From Gammaproteobacteria bacterium (GTDB lineage Bacteria; Pseudomonadota; Gammaproteobacteria; 21-64-14): a stretch of 64,000 nt of DNA. The notes below the pieces were generated by a model. The model was not told where the DNA came from, did no database searches, and was given only the letters and a program-made list of their open reading frames with translations. A program made the position numbers and the translations under genes. This document shows positions 1 through 10,408 of the stretch, piece after piece; the first letter of the stretch is position 1, and the number at the start of each line of letters is the position of its first letter. The stretch spans positions 22,983-86,982 of the forward strand of contig JALUXX010000016.1 in the NCBI GenBank assembly GCA_027013145.1, written 5' to 3'.

Positions 1-906
1 ATCGACAAGTCGTTCACGATCACGGATTTCTGGCGCTGGTGGGTGGTGCACCTCTGGGTGGAGCAGTCCTTCGAGTTCTTCGCCGCCTGCGTCAGCGCCT
101 ACCTGCTGATGGCCACCGGACTGGTCTCGCGCATCGTCGCCGAGCGCACCGTCCTGTTCGAGTTGATCCTGGTGTTCCTGGGCGGCGTACTCGGTACCGG
201 ACACCACTGGTACTGGGTCGGCGAGCCGAAAATCTGGGTGCCCCTGGGGAGCATGTTCTCGTTCATCGAGGTGCTGCCGCTGCTCCTGATGGTCATCGAG
301 GCCGTCGAACAGCGTCGGGTCATCCGGCGCCAGCACGGACGTTTCCCGTACTCGCTGGCGTACACCTACATCATCGGCGCGGCCTTCTGGAATTTCGTGG
401 GCGCCGGCGTGTTCGGCGGCGGGACCCTGAACGCCCCGCTCGTCAACTACTACGAACATGCGACGTTCCTCACCCTGAACCACGCGCACACCGCGCTGTT
501 CGGGGCCTTCGGGCTGCTCGGGATCGGGATGATCTACTTCTGCCTGCGCTACGCCGCCGGCGAGCGCGCCCCGTGGAGCGACCGGATCGGGATCTGGGCC
601 TTCTGGCTCTACAACCTCGGACTGGTGCTGTGGATCGTGCTGAACTTCTTCCCGATCGGCTGGGCGCAGCTCGCCGCGGTGTATGAACACGGGCTTGCGT
701 ACGCGCGCAGCGTGAAGTTCTACGATACGACGCTGTTGTGGCAATGGTTGCGCTTCCCGGGCGATGTCGTATTCGCGGCCGGTGCGTTGTTGATGGCCTG
801 GGACATCTTCGCCAAACTGCGCCCGTTCGCCCGCGGCTTCGCGCCGGTCGCGCAGGACTCCGGCGGTGTACCGTTGCGCGGGCCGGCCGCCCGTCGTCGG
901 GACTGA
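1..906 (+). CDS. norB: Nitric oxide reductase large subunit NorB, C-terminal ~300 aa; the 5' end lies outside the window
   Basis: Reading frame is open from nt 1. The product is a polytopic membrane protein with His-rich heme-copper-oxidase-like motifs (GHHWYW, HAHTALFG, AFWLYNLG) typical of NorB/cNOR. Confidence 0.8.
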   Translation: MDKSFTITDFWRWWVVHLWVEQSFEFFAACVSAYLLMATGLVSRIVAERTVLFELILVFLGGVLGTGHHWYWVGEPKIWVPLGSMFSFIEVLPLLLMVIEAVEQRRVIRRQHGRFPYSLAYTYIIGAAFWNFVGAGVFGGGTLNAPLVNYYEHATFLTLNHAHTALFGAFGLLGIGMIYFCLRYAAGERAPWSDRIGIWAFWLYNLGLVLWIVLNFFPIGWAQLAAVYEHGLAYARSVKFYDTTLLWQWLRFPGDVVFAAGALLMAWDIFAKLRPFARGFAPVAQDSGGVPLRGPAARRRD

Positions 907-1102
907 CGACGCGGGCGCGGGTCTTTACCCGGCCGGATCGGGTGCGGGGGCCGCGAGGCGCCGGATCAGTGGTAGGATGGAGCGGGCCCCGGTCCGGTCG
1001 GCGGGGTCACTGGCCCGGTCCGTTCGTAGGCGTCGGTCTGCGTGCTACGACGCTACGGACGGGCCCGGTCGGTAGGGCTGCAGGCTTCGCGGGGGTGACG
1101 AG

Positions 1103-1642
1103 ATGTCGTTTTCGATGCCGGCGCCGGATTTCGATGACCCGTTGGGGCTGTTGGCGGCCTGCCACGGCCGCATCCGCGAGCGTTGTGCGACGCTCGTGCG
1201 GCTCCCCGCGCACCTGACCGCGCATGGCGCCGACGCCGCGGCGCGGACCGCCGCGGGCCGGATCCTGACCTACTTCGAAACCGCCGCGCCGCATCACCAC
1301 GCCGACGAGGAGCAGGACCTTTTTCCGCTGTTGCGGGGGCGTGCGCGCGACGGGGGCAGGGATGAGATCGTACGCCTGATCGACGGACTTGCCGCCGAAC
1401 ACGCGGAGCTCGATCGGGCGTGGTGCGCCCTCAGGCCTCGGCTGGAGGCGTTGCGGGACGGTGATCCGGCGCTGCTGTCGGACGCCTCGGCGGTGGATCC
1501 GCTCGTACGCCTGTACGAGGGTCACATGGTTCGTGAGGAGGAAGGCGTGTTCGCCTATGCGCGGGCCGTTCTCGGAGACTCCGAGCGTCGCGTTCTCGGT
1601 CAGGCGATGGCGCGGCGGCGGGGGTGCGCGCAGGAATCCTAA
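1103..1642 (+). CDS. Hemerythrin-like (HHE cation-binding) domain protein, probably an NO-responsive NorA/DnrN/ScdA-type protein
   Basis: 179 aa with paired His/Glu motifs (HHHADEEQDLF, EHAELDR, EGHMVREEEGVF) spaced as in hemerythrin-like domains. It lies directly downstream of norB. Confidence 0.6.
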   Translation: MSFSMPAPDFDDPLGLLAACHGRIRERCATLVRLPAHLTAHGADAAARTAAGRILTYFETAAPHHHADEEQDLFPLLRGRARDGGRDEIVRLIDGLAAEHAELDRAWCALRPRLEALRDGDPALLSDASAVDPLVRLYEGHMVREEEGVFAYARAVLGDSERRVLGQAMARRRGCAQES

Positions 1643-1863
1643 CGGACGCTTGAAGAAACGGCCCGCCGAGGCGGGGGAGTGGCGTCGCGCACGCGGATCG
1701 GACACGGTCATGTTCCACGCGGCGAGCCCGCGCGCGGAGCTGCCTCGGGCGCCGCGCGTCGCGAACGCCCGTCCCGAACGGTTTCAACAAGCGGTCAAGG
1801 GGCGTAGGAGCGGGAGAGTCGACGGCTGCCCGGGTGCGCCGCGCGCCCGCGCCGGAAGAGCGG

Positions 1864-2082
1864 TCAGCGTTGGTCGGGCGGCAGCGCCATCTTTCCTTGC
1901 TGCGCGATGGCCGCGCGTCGCTCGCGCGCGAACCGCCGCACCGCACCGACCATCGGCTTGAGTTCCGCGGCGGCGGCAAGGGAGTCTTCGACGGTCGCGG
2001 CCTTGCGCGCCTGTTGCGGCGCCGAGGCGAACTGCGGCTTGTGCGCCAGGGAACTCTCGTCTTCGTCGCTCATCGCGTGCAT
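1864..2082 (-). CDS. Small hypothetical protein (~72 aa)
   Basis: Minus-strand ORF with strong GC3 bias. An internal ATG is preceded by GGAGG on the minus strand. No recognisable domain. Confidence 0.35.
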   Translation of the reverse strand: MHAMSDEDESSLAHKPQFASAPQQARKAATVEDSLAAAAELKPMVGAVRRFARERRAAIAQQGKMALPPDQR

Positions 2083-2514
2083 ACCTCCGGTGCGGACGTG
2101 CCGCTTACGCTGGAGTAAGTGCGCGGGTTTGTCAAGCAGCGCCCCTGGGGGTCTCCGACAGTGCATGCGGCGACGGTTCCGGGTGACCGGTCGCGCCGTT
2201 TTGAGCGCGCCCGTCGGTCGTGCGCGTTTCGGGTATCGCGCGCCGAGTTGTTGGAAAGCCCCGGCGCGCGAATCGATCACGCGGAGGGTCTATCCTCCGG
2301 ACCTGCGCCGGGCCTTCCTCCAGGTTGCGGTGGGGCGTGAACCGTTTGTGCAGGTCAGAACGATTTAACGAACGGTTTAGAAATCCAAACGGTTCGTGGA
2401 GCGGTCTGCAGGTAGACTGACGGTGCGGTCAATCGGGTCTCTGTGGCGCGCGCGGGGCGGAATATCAGGCGGCGTGGCTAAAGATTTATTGAAAGTAAAA
2501 GAAGTAGTTAAAAA

Positions 2515-2670
2515 ACTTAAACTGTAATTTATCGCAATCCTCTTCCACACTCCATCTCGACACCGAGTGCTGGTCTTCTTGTTCGATCCTCGACAGTACA
2601 TTCGGCGACTACCGGCATGAAATTAAATAATCATTTAAGTTTATATTTGTAAACTTAAACTGTTATTTAT
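2515..2670. promoter_or_regulatory. AT-rich cbbL upstream region with two copies of an 18-nt motif, ACTTAAACTGT(A/T)ATTTAT, at about 2515-2532 and 2653-2670; candidate LysR/CbbR operator and promoter region
   Basis: A sharp AT-rich island in otherwise ~68% GC DNA, 115 nt upstream of the cbbL start. The same TTAAACTGTATTTTAT core recurs in the cbbR-aldolase intergenic region at about 19847-19862. Confidence 0.35.
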
Positions 2671-2784
2671 TTTCAACCTCACCCAGACTGCATCCCCAGT
2701 TCGAAGGCCCTGGGCAGTCCGGATACGGGCACGAGGCCGCCGGGTGAACACGCAAATTTTGGCAACTCTAGGAGGACTCCTCAG

Positions 2785-4197
2785 ATGAGCGCGAGCTACC
2801 AAGCGGGTGTGAAAGAGTACCGCCAGATGTACTGGACCCCCGACTATGTGCCGCTGGATACGGATCTCTTGGCGTGTTTCAAGTGCACGGGCCAGCCGGG
2901 TGTGCCGCGCGAAGAGGTCGCCGCGGCCGTGGCCGCCGAGTCCTCCACCGGCACCTGGAGCACGGTGTGGTCGGAGCTGCTGACGGACCTCGAGTACTAC
3001 AAGGGCCGTGCGTATCGGATCGAAGACGTCCCCGGAGATTCGGAGTCGTTCTACGCCTTCGTGGCCTATCCGATCGATCTGTTCGAGGAGGGTTCGATCG
3101 TGAACGTGCTGACCTCGCTGGTCGGCAACGTGTTCGGGTTCAAGGCCCTCAAGCACCTTCGCCTGGAGGACATCCGCTTTCCGATCGCCTACATCAAGAC
3201 CTGTCTCGGTCCCCCCAACGGCATCCAGGTCGAGCGCGACAAGCTCAACAAGTACGGGCGCCCGCTGCTCGGCTGCACCATCAAACCCAAGCTCGGGCTG
3301 TCGGCCAAGAACTACGGGCGCGCGGTCTACGAGTGCCTGCGCGGCGGTCTCGATCTGACCAAGGACGACGAGAACGTCAACTCGCAGCCCTTCATGCGCT
3401 GGCAGAACCGCTATGAGTTCGTCGCCGAGGCGGTATTGAAGGCGCAGGCCGAGACCGGGGAGCGCAAGGGCCACTACCTGAACGTCACCGCCCCGGACCC
3501 GGAGCAGATGTACGAGCGCGCGGAGTTCGCCAAGGAATTGGGCATGCCGATCATCATGCACGACTTCCTGACCGGTGGATTCACCGCCAATACCGGGCTC
3601 GCGAAGTGGTGCCGCAAGAACGGTATGCTCCTGCATATTCACCGCGCGATGCACGCCGTGATCGACCGCCATCCAAAGCATGGCATCCACTTCCGGGTGC
3701 TCGCCAAGTGCCTGCGACTGTCCGGCGGCGATCATCTCCACGCCGGCACCGTGGTCGGCAAGCTCGAAGGCGATCGCGCATCGACCTTGGGCTTCGTGGA
3801 CCAGCTTCGCGAATCGTTCGTCCCGGAGGACCGTTCGCGCGGGATATTTTTCGATCAGGACTGGGGCTCGATGCCGGGCGTCTTCCCGGTGGCATCGGGC
3901 GGCATCCATGTCTGGCACATGCCGGCGCTGGTCACGATCTTCGGCGACGACTCCTGCCTGCAGTTCGGCGGCGGCACGCAGGGCCATCCCTGGGGCAACG
4001 CCGCGGGTGCGGCGGCCAACCGCGTGGCGCTTGAGGCCTGCGTCAAGGCGCGTAACGAAGGGCGTGAACTCGAGAAGGAGGCACGCGAGATCCTCACCGA
4101 GGCGGCCGCCAAGAGCCCGGAGCTGGCGATGGCAATGGAAACGTGGAAAGAGATCAAGTTCGAGTTCGAGACGGTGGACAAGCTGGACCTGGCCTGA
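2785..4197 (+). CDS. cbbL: RuBisCO large subunit, form IA
   Basis: 470 aa with near-canonical form I large-subunit sequence ([34 protein letters not shown], active-site region KPKLGLS). RBS AGGAGG precedes the ATG. Confidence 0.97.
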   Translation: MSASYQAGVKEYRQMYWTPDYVPLDTDLLACFKCTGQPGVPREEVAAAVAAESSTGTWSTVWSELLTDLEYYKGRAYRIEDVPGDSESFYAFVAYPIDLFEEGSIVNVLTSLVGNVFGFKALKHLRLEDIRFPIAYIKTCLGPPNGIQVERDKLNKYGRPLLGCTIKPKLGLSAKNYGRAVYECLRGGLDLTKDDENVNSQPFMRWQNRYEFVAEAVLKAQAETGERKGHYLNVTAPDPEQMYERAEFAKELGMPIIMHDFLTGGFTANTGLAKWCRKNGMLLHIHRAMHAVIDRHPKHGIHFRVLAKCLRLSGGDHLHAGTVVGKLEGDRASTLGFVDQLRESFVPEDRSRGIFFDQDWGSMPGVFPVASGGIHVWHMPALVTIFGDDSCLQFGGGTQGHPWGNAAGAAANRVALEACVKARNEGRELEKEAREILTEAAAKSPELAMAMETWKEIKFEFETVDKLDLA

Positions 4198-4255
4198 GTG
4201 CTGCAGGACGGCCCTGACCGGTTCCGAACCGATTCCCCTTTAGGAGACGATCATC

Positions 4256-4600
4256 ATGCCAAGCACATTCGAGATGGGTGACTACCAGACTGCGCATACG
4301 CTGGAGACCTTCGGGTTTCTGCCGTCGATGTCGCAGGACGAGATTCATCAGCAGATCGCGTACATCATCGCCCAGGGGTGGACGCCGGCCATCGAGCACG
4401 AGCACCCCTCCCAGGCAGACAGCGACTACTGGACGATGTGGAAGCTGCCGTTCTTCGGTGAGACCAATCTGGGCAACGTCGTAAGCGAGCTCGAGGCCTG
4501 TCACCGGGCGTATCCGGATCACCACATCCGGCTGATCGGCTACGACAACTACACCCAGTCGCAGGGCCTGTCGTTCGTCGTCTTCGAAGGTCGCAACTGA
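4256..4600 (+). CDS. cbbS: RuBisCO small subunit
   Basis: 114 aa with the conserved small-subunit pattern (ETFGFLP, QIAYIIAQGW, MWKLPFFG). Immediately downstream of cbbL. Confidence 0.95.
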   Translation: MPSTFEMGDYQTAHTLETFGFLPSMSQDEIHQQIAYIIAQGWTPAIEHEHPSQADSDYWTMWKLPFFGETNLGNVVSELEACHRAYPDHHIRLIGYDNYTQSQGLSFVVFEGRN

Positions 4601-4641
4601 AACGGCGGGGAACGCGCATCATCGACACGGTGGGGTGAGCC

Positions 4642-6975
4642 ATGGCACAGATTGCGAACAATACACGCGCGGCCGCGCGCGCCAGGCGGCGGGCTCTGGC
4701 CGCCCAGGGCAAGGCCGGGATCCGTACGGGCGCGGGGGCCGCGGGCGGCCGACCCGAGCGGGCGGTCGGCCCGGCGTCGGCGTCGACGTCGGCGGGCGGT
4801 GCGGGTGCGGCGTCGGGCCCCGTCGCCGTGGGCCCGGCGGCGCGCACCGCGTCCCGCGCCCGACGCAGGGCCATGGCCGCCCGCGGTAAGGCCGGGCTCG
4901 TCCGCAGTGACCGAACGCCTGCCGGCGGGGCCGCTCCCGCACCACGTGAGGCGGGCGCGACTCCGCCCAAGGCGGGCGGCTGCGGGTGCGGATGCAAGGC
5001 CGGCCGGGCGGGCGACCGTGGCGGGCCGGAGGCACCGGTGGCCGCGCCCACGCCCGGGGCGGCTGCGCCGGCTCCCTCCCTGGCGCCGGCGGCGCGGAGC
5101 ATTCCGCGCACCGCGGCCGCGGCGGTGACGATGAATCCCACACGGGCCGCGGCCCTGGCCCGGCGCCGGGCGACGTCCACGCGCGGCAAGGCGGGCCTGC
5201 GCGGGAACGGCGCATCGCAGGCGCAACGGGCACGGGCGGCGAATCCGAACCTGTCGAGCCGGGACCTTGCCCGGGTCGTGCGCGCACAGCGCAGTCAGAA
5301 CGGCTCGGCCGGGCAGAAGAAATCCGAGCCCTGCGGGCGCAGGCGCGGGAGCCGAACGAGCGGGGCCGCCGTGGGTCCGGCGCAGGATGCGCCGTGGAAG
5401 GTCGGCGCCGGCGAGACCGCGCGCGGGCAGATCGTGACCGGCACGATGGTGGGACGCAGCGTGCGGACGACCGGGGACGAATACAGTACCTGCCGCAACG
5501 TGACCGGCACCGAATACATGGGTGCCGACATCTTTCGCCAGTTCTGTCAGACCGATCCCCCGCGACCGCCGCGCAAGGTCAGAGTCAGCCCGACGGGCTA
5601 CGGGAACCGGGTCACCGGCGTCGAGGTGGGGCGCAGTCGCAGCGTGACCGGTGACGAACCCGGAACGTGCAAACGCGTGACCGGCACGCAATATGTCGGT
5701 GCGAACCAGGCCGAGGCCTTCTGCGGTTCGAAGGCCGGAGGCCCCGGCGCGATACCGTCGGACCCGATGAAGATCACTTCCTCCAAGACCCGCAAGGGTA
5801 AGGTCGTGACCGGGAACAACGTGGGCCGTTCCCGGCGCGTGACCGGGGACGAACCCGGGGCCGACCGCGATCCGACGGGGACCCAGTACATGCCGCGGGG
5901 CGACGACACGGCGCCGGCCAAGGTCGGCGCCAGCCGGACACTGCGCGGCGGTGCGGTGACGGGAAGCCTCGTCGGGCGCAGCGCGCGGGTGACCGGTGAC
6001 GAACCGGGGAGCTGCCGCAACGTCACCGGGGACGACTATATCGGCGAAGAGCAGTATCGCGACTTCTGCCCCGCGACCCCGCGACCCGAGGATCGGAAGG
6101 TCGGGCTTTCGCAGACGCTGAAGGGCGAGGTGGTGACCGGTACGTTGACGGGTCGCTCGTCCAGGGTCACCGGGGACGAGCCGGGTACCTGCAAGGCCAT
6201 CACCGGTACCCCGTATGCCGGTGCGGAACAGTACCGCGGATACTGCGCGCCGGAGGAGGCGAAGATGGCGGCCGCCCGCACCCGTCAGTTGCGATCGACC
6301 CCGGGCCCGGTGATGACCGGCCAACAACCCGGTATCGGCGGCAAACTGACCGGCGCCCACAAAGGCGCCTGCGAGGATGTGAGCGGTACGCCGTACGTCG
6401 GCGCGGATCAGTTCGCGGCGGCGTGTCCGGCGGTCCCCGCGCAGCCGGGCAGCCCGGATTTCCCGCAATCCCTGGGCGGGACCCCGTGGGGGCGGTTCAG
6501 CGTCGCGCCGCCTGCGCATGCCGCGCAACGGGAGGAGGCCGCGAGCGGGGTGACCGGTACCGCGTACGGGCAGGGACACATCACGGGCCCGTTCAGCATG
6601 GCGCCGGGCAAGGTCACGGGGACCGAGGAGGCGCGATTCGGGCGCGCCGGGTCCGCTCCGCAGGAGCCGCCGGAGACCGCGCCGCTCGTGGAGGGACGCG
6701 TGAAGTCGCGGATCTCCGGGGAAGGCATGGACGCGGGACCGAAGATCACCGGGGACGACTGGGATCGCGGCGATCGCGTTACCGGCACCGAGGGTTCGTC
6801 GGCGATGCGGCGCAATCCCACGCGGCGGGGCGGCCCGATGAGCGCCACGCCGGCGGTCTCCCAGCCGGCGAAGCGAAATGACGAACTGCCGGAGCCCCGC
6901 AACAAGGTGACCGGCGGGAGCGGGAATACGGACCGCGGCGCACTGGTGACCTACTCGGGCGGCGCCCGGGGTTGA
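4642..6975 (+). CDS. csoS2: Carboxysome scaffold protein CsoS2
   Basis: 777 aa, intrinsically repetitive. N-terminal repeats are RRRALxAQGKAG-type. The middle region has many V(T/S)G(T/D)EY and RVTGDEPG repeats with conserved Cys. Located between cbbS and csoSCA as in all alpha-carboxysome loci. Confidence 0.9.
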   Translation: MAQIANNTRAAARARRRALAAQGKAGIRTGAGAAGGRPERAVGPASASTSAGGAGAASGPVAVGPAARTASRARRRAMAARGKAGLVRSDRTPAGGAAPAPREAGATPPKAGGCGCGCKAGRAGDRGGPEAPVAAPTPGAAAPAPSLAPAARSIPRTAAAAVTMNPTRAAALARRRATSTRGKAGLRGNGASQAQRARAANPNLSSRDLARVVRAQRSQNGSAGQKKSEPCGRRRGSRTSGAAVGPAQDAPWKVGAGETARGQIVTGTMVGRSVRTTGDEYSTCRNVTGTEYMGADIFRQFCQTDPPRPPRKVRVSPTGYGNRVTGVEVGRSRSVTGDEPGTCKRVTGTQYVGANQAEAFCGSKAGGPGAIPSDPMKITSSKTRKGKVVTGNNVGRSRRVTGDEPGADRDPTGTQYMPRGDDTAPAKVGASRTLRGGAVTGSLVGRSARVTGDEPGSCRNVTGDDYIGEEQYRDFCPATPRPEDRKVGLSQTLKGEVVTGTLTGRSSRVTGDEPGTCKAITGTPYAGAEQYRGYCAPEEAKMAAARTRQLRSTPGPVMTGQQPGIGGKLTGAHKGACEDVSGTPYVGADQFAAACPAVPAQPGSPDFPQSLGGTPWGRFSVAPPAHAAQREEAASGVTGTAYGQGHITGPFSMAPGKVTGTEEARFGRAGSAPQEPPETAPLVEGRVKSRISGEGMDAGPKITGDDWDRGDRVTGTEGSSAMRRNPTRRGGPMSATPAVSQPAKRNDELPEPRNKVTGGSGNTDRGALVTYSGGARG

Positions 6976-7005
6976 GGCGGCTGAGCGACGGGTAGAGGCG
7001 AAGCG

Positions 7006-8514
7006 ATGTTGAGCCACCGTTATTCGACGATCAGGGGTGCGGTGCACCAGGCGGGCGCGCCGCGCCGCCGCCCCGGAGCGGCGGGCGCCGCGCGCCCGGC
7101 GCCGGCGCGGATCGCCGCGTCGCATCCGCTCGCGCGGTCGGAGGAGAATGCGCGGCTGTTCGACTACGAGTGCCGCGTGAAAGACTCCTTCGACGGGATC
7201 GTACCCACGCTCAAGCGCATCTCGGCGCTGCAACACGAATGCGACTTCGAGGCCCGCGCGCAAGGGCTTGCGCGCGATGAGCTTGGATTCGAGCTCCCAC
7301 AGGAGATCCTCGCGGACGCGTGGGTCGAGCAACTCGATATGCGGCGTCTGTTCGCCTGGTGCCTCTTCCAGACCTACCGGCGCTTCTGCGATGAATTTTT
7401 CACGGCCGACCCTCTCGGCGCGCGGGACGACGACGGGTTCCAGGGACTTCTGCAGGAATGCGGGTTCCACCTCCTCGACGTATCGCCCTGTGCGGACGGT
7501 CGCCTGGCGCACGTCATCCGCTATGTGTTTCGCCTTCCCTTCCGGGTGGTGCGGCGCAAGTCCTACGCCGGCGCCCTGTTCGACATCCAGGACAGCCTGG
7601 ACAAGTGGACGGAGACCGAGCTGTTGCGCTATCGGGAGGGTCGGCCCAACGCCGCCGACGCGCCGACGCGTTACCTCAAGGCGGTCGTCTACCACTACAG
7701 CTCGAGCGACCCCGGGCGCGAGGGGTGCGCCGCGCACGGCTCCGACGCACGCGTTGCCGCGCGCGCGGGTCTGGAGCGGCTCGAGAGCTTCCGGCAGGCC
7801 GTGCAGAACACCTACTGCTGCGGGGCCTCGATCGACCTCCTGCTGATCGGCCTGGATACCGACACGGACGCCATCCGCGTTCACGCCCCGGGCGGGGACG
7901 GGGGAATCGCCCTCGAGAATTATATCGACGCCGCGCGGCTCTATGATCTCACCCGTCCGCTCACCGCGCAGCAGGGGCGCGAGCGCATCGCGGCGAGCGT
8001 GCAGGAGGCCGCGCCGGATGCGCCGGCGGGCATGCGGCGCATGATCTCGCAGCTCCTCGAACACAATCTGTCGCAGATCGATTACGTGCGCAGATACCGC
8101 AACGGCCGCTATTCCGACATCGGTCATGCCGAGCGGTTCATCGGCGTTGGAAAGGGTTTCGAGGAGGTACAGCTCCGCAACCTCACTTATTTCGCCTATC
8201 TCGATACCGTCGAGGAGGCGGTGCCGGATCTGGACGTCGGAGTGAAGATCTTCTCGCGCCTGAACGTCGCTCACGGCCTGCCGATCCCCGTCGTGGTGCG
8301 TTTCGACTACCAGGGGCATGTGCCTGGTGCGCGCGAGCGCGCGGTGGCGCAGTGCGGGCGGGTGGCCGCGGCGATCGGCGATCGCTATGCGGATCTGGCC
8401 GGGCGCGGCCTGCTGCACACGCTGTTGTCGGTCCGTGATTGCGCGGCCGGGGGCGCCATCGAGGTACTGGGGTGCTCGGTGACGGACCCCGCCGGCGGAG
8501 GCACGCGGCGATGA
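7006..8514 (+). CDS. csoS3: Carboxysome shell carbonic anhydrase CsoSCA (CsoS3)
   Basis: 502 aa, in the conserved position after csoS2 and before csoS4A. Size and composition match the CsoSCA family. Confidence 0.85.
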   Translation: MLSHRYSTIRGAVHQAGAPRRRPGAAGAARPAPARIAASHPLARSEENARLFDYECRVKDSFDGIVPTLKRISALQHECDFEARAQGLARDELGFELPQEILADAWVEQLDMRRLFAWCLFQTYRRFCDEFFTADPLGARDDDGFQGLLQECGFHLLDVSPCADGRLAHVIRYVFRLPFRVVRRKSYAGALFDIQDSLDKWTETELLRYREGRPNAADAPTRYLKAVVYHYSSSDPGREGCAAHGSDARVAARAGLERLESFRQAVQNTYCCGASIDLLLIGLDTDTDAIRVHAPGGDGGIALENYIDAARLYDLTRPLTAQQGRERIAASVQEAAPDAPAGMRRMISQLLEHNLSQIDYVRRYRNGRYSDIGHAERFIGVGKGFEEVQLRNLTYFAYLDTVEEAVPDLDVGVKIFSRLNVAHGLPIPVVVRFDYQGHVPGARERAVAQCGRVAAAIGDRYADLAGRGLLHTLLSVRDCAAGGAIEVLGCSVTDPAGGGTRR

Positions 8515-8783
8515 AGATCTGTCAGGTGGAGCGGCCGCTGGTGGCCACCAACCGGATCCCCGGCCTCGAGCATCGGCACCTGCAGGTGGTGCGGGACGGC
8601 GCCGCCCTGGCGGTGGCGGTCGATGCGGTGGGCTGCATTCCGGGTGACTGGGTGATTTGCGTGGGCAGTTCTGCCGCGCGCGAGGCGGCGGGCAGCAAGG
8701 AGTACCCGAGCGATCTCACGATCGTCGGAATCATCGACCACTGGCCGCCGGAATCGGCTCAGCCGCAAACGGCTCAGGAGTGA
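8511..8783 (+). CDS. csoS4A: Carboxysome vertex (pentamer) protein CsoS4A, EutN/CcmL family
   Basis: ~90 aa starting MKICQVERPLVATNRIPGLEH, the EutN/CcmL fold signature. Its ATG overlaps the csoSCA stop. Confidence 0.85.
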   Translation: MKICQVERPLVATNRIPGLEHRHLQVVRDGAALAVAVDAVGCIPGDWVICVGSSAAREAAGSKEYPSDLTIVGIIDHWPPESAQPQTAQE

Positions 8784-8793
8784 GGTGGGCGAC

Positions 8794-9105
8794 ATGGACA
8801 TCCTGGAAGTGGAAGCGCCGCTCGTATGCACGCGCCGGATCGCAGGACTGAAACAGACCAGCTTACGGGTATTGCGCGACGCCGCCGGTCGGCGCCACGT
8901 GGCGGTCGATCCGGTAGGCGCCCGCGAGGGCAATTGGGTGTTCACGGTGAGCGGTTCGGCGGCGCGGTACGCGACCGGCGATTTCGATGTCCTGACCGAT
9001 CTGACCATCGGGGGAATCATCGACTTCTGGAAACCGGTTGGGGCTGCGGCGGGCGATCGCGGCGATCCGGCAGCGACTGCGGGCGGCGATGCCCGCAACG
9101 GGTGA
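8794..9105 (+). CDS. csoS4B: Carboxysome vertex protein CsoS4B, EutN/CcmL family
   Basis: Paralog of CsoS4A (MDILEVEAPLVCTRRIAGLKQTSLRVL). The ATG is preceded by GAGGTG. Confidence 0.8.
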   Translation: MDILEVEAPLVCTRRIAGLKQTSLRVLRDAAGRRHVAVDPVGAREGNWVFTVSGSAARYATGDFDVLTDLTIGGIIDFWKPVGAAAGDRGDPAATAGGDARNG

Positions 9106-9153
9106 GGGGTAGGGCGTTAATCCTTTTTCAATCCTGACGACGGAGAGACGAAG

Positions 9154-9468
9154 ATGGCAAGCGAGAACTACGGTATTGCACTGGGCATGATCGAAACCCG
9201 CGGGTTGGTTCCCGCCATCGAGGCGGCGGACGCGATGACCAAGGCCGCCGAGGTGCGCCTGATCGGGCGCGAGTTCGTCGGCGGCGGATATGTCACCGTG
9301 CTGGTGCGCGGGGAGACCGGCGCGGTCAACGCGGCGGTGCGTGCCGGCGCCGATGCGTGCGAGCGTGTCGGAGACGGCCTGGTCGCCGCGCACATCATCG
9401 CGCGTCCGCACCGCGAGGTCGAGCCGATTCTGCCCCCGGGCGGAACCAAATCGGCTGCCGCGGCTTAA
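9154..9468 (+). CDS. csoS1: Carboxysome hexameric shell protein CsoS1 (BMC-H) with a short C-terminal extension
   Basis: Canonical BMC domain ([43 protein letters not shown]). Confidence 0.9.
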   Translation: MASENYGIALGMIETRGLVPAIEAADAMTKAAEVRLIGREFVGGGYVTVLVRGETGAVNAAVRAGADACERVGDGLVAAHIIARPHREVEPILPPGGTKSAAAA

Positions 9469-9510
9469 ACGGCGCGTCACTCAAGATTGATTCGACAGGA
9501 GATTCCAGCC

Positions 9511-9834
9511 ATGGCCAACGGTACCTATGGTATTGCGCTCGGCATGATCGAAACCCGCGGGCTGGTGCCCGCCATCGAGGCGGCGGACGCGATGACCAAG
9601 GCCGCCGAGGTGCGCCTGATCGCGCGCGAGTTCGTCGGCGGCGGATACGTCACCGTGATGGTGCGCGGGGAGACCGGCGCGGTCAACGCGGCGGTGCGTG
9701 CCGGCGCCGATGCGTGCGAGCGTGTCGGAGACGGCCTGGTCGCCGCGCACATCATCGCCCGCCCGCACCGGGAGGTCGAGCCGGTTCTGGGAGGCGAGGG
9801 TGCCATGGCGGGCAATCGGCCGGCGCGCAGCTGA
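9511..9834 (+). CDS. csoS1: Carboxysome hexameric shell protein CsoS1 (BMC-H), second copy
   Basis: Nearly identical BMC domain to the first copy. AGGAG RBS before ATG 9511. Confidence 0.9.
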   Translation: MANGTYGIALGMIETRGLVPAIEAADAMTKAAEVRLIAREFVGGGYVTVMVRGETGAVNAAVRAGADACERVGDGLVAAHIIARPHREVEPVLGGEGAMAGNRPARS

Positions 9835-9874
9835 CTGAGTGCCCGGGAATGGATCGACTGACGAGCCCGCCGTC

Positions 9875-10354
9875 ATGAACTCGCCGCAATCGGATCCGCG
9901 GATACTCGGGTATCTCGGCCGGGCGCTGAGTCTGGAGCTCAGCGCGGTCCAGCAGTACACCACCCAGGCCCGCCTCGCGGCGGCCTGGGGGCTGGCCCGG
10001 CCGGCGGAACGCCTGCGTACCGAGGCGATGGAGGAGATGGGGCACGTCGAGCGGGTGATCGCACGGATGTTGGCCCTCGGCGCTGCACCGAACGCATCGG
10101 TGCTCAGGCCGGTCGGTCTGGGCCGGGACCTGCGTGAGCTGCTACAGCAGGATCGGGCGCTGGAGGGCGAGTTGGTGCGCTTGTACACCGACGCCACCCG
10201 CTACTGCGTGAGTGGGGGCGATCACGACGGTCGCCTGTTTTTCGAAACGCTCCTCGAAGAGGAGCGGGAGCACGGACGCGAACTCGATCGCTGGCTGGAT
10301 TCGCTGCAACGCCCGGAAGCGGTTGCGGCCCAACCGGAGCGGGCGACGTTTTAG
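9875..10354 (+). CDS. Bacterioferritin/ferritin-like protein associated with the carboxysome operon
   Basis: Four-helix ferritin-like signature (LELSAVQQYTTQARL, EEMGHVERV, EEEREHGREL). A Bfr-like gene in this position is typical of cso operons. Confidence 0.7.
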   Translation: MNSPQSDPRILGYLGRALSLELSAVQQYTTQARLAAAWGLARPAERLRTEAMEEMGHVERVIARMLALGAAPNASVLRPVGLGRDLRELLQQDRALEGELVRLYTDATRYCVSGGDHDGRLFFETLLEEEREHGRELDRWLDSLQRPEAVAAQPERATF

Positions 10355-10408
10355 CCCCGGGAAGGCCGAGCGGCTTCGGGTGGAGCAAACGATTGGAGGG
10401 GACTCCTC

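Noticed and set aside
2119-2420. Short plus-strand ORFs between the small minus-strand gene and cbbL
   Set aside because: They lie in the promoter/operator region, have poor codon bias, carry no RBS and overlap one another. They are more likely regulatory DNA.
4549-8418. 1289-aa minus-strand ORF, plus similar giant ORFs at 25255..27645(-), 25689..27836(+), 28760..30691(-), 15242..17044(-), 17612..18985(-) and 34891..36480(-)
   Set aside because: They are antisense or out-of-frame to confidently identified genes (csoS2/csoSCA, proXWV, ACAD, dabA and others). They translate to Arg/Pro/Ala/Gly-rich low-complexity sequence typical of shadow ORFs in ~68% GC DNA. They have no RBS or coherent domains.
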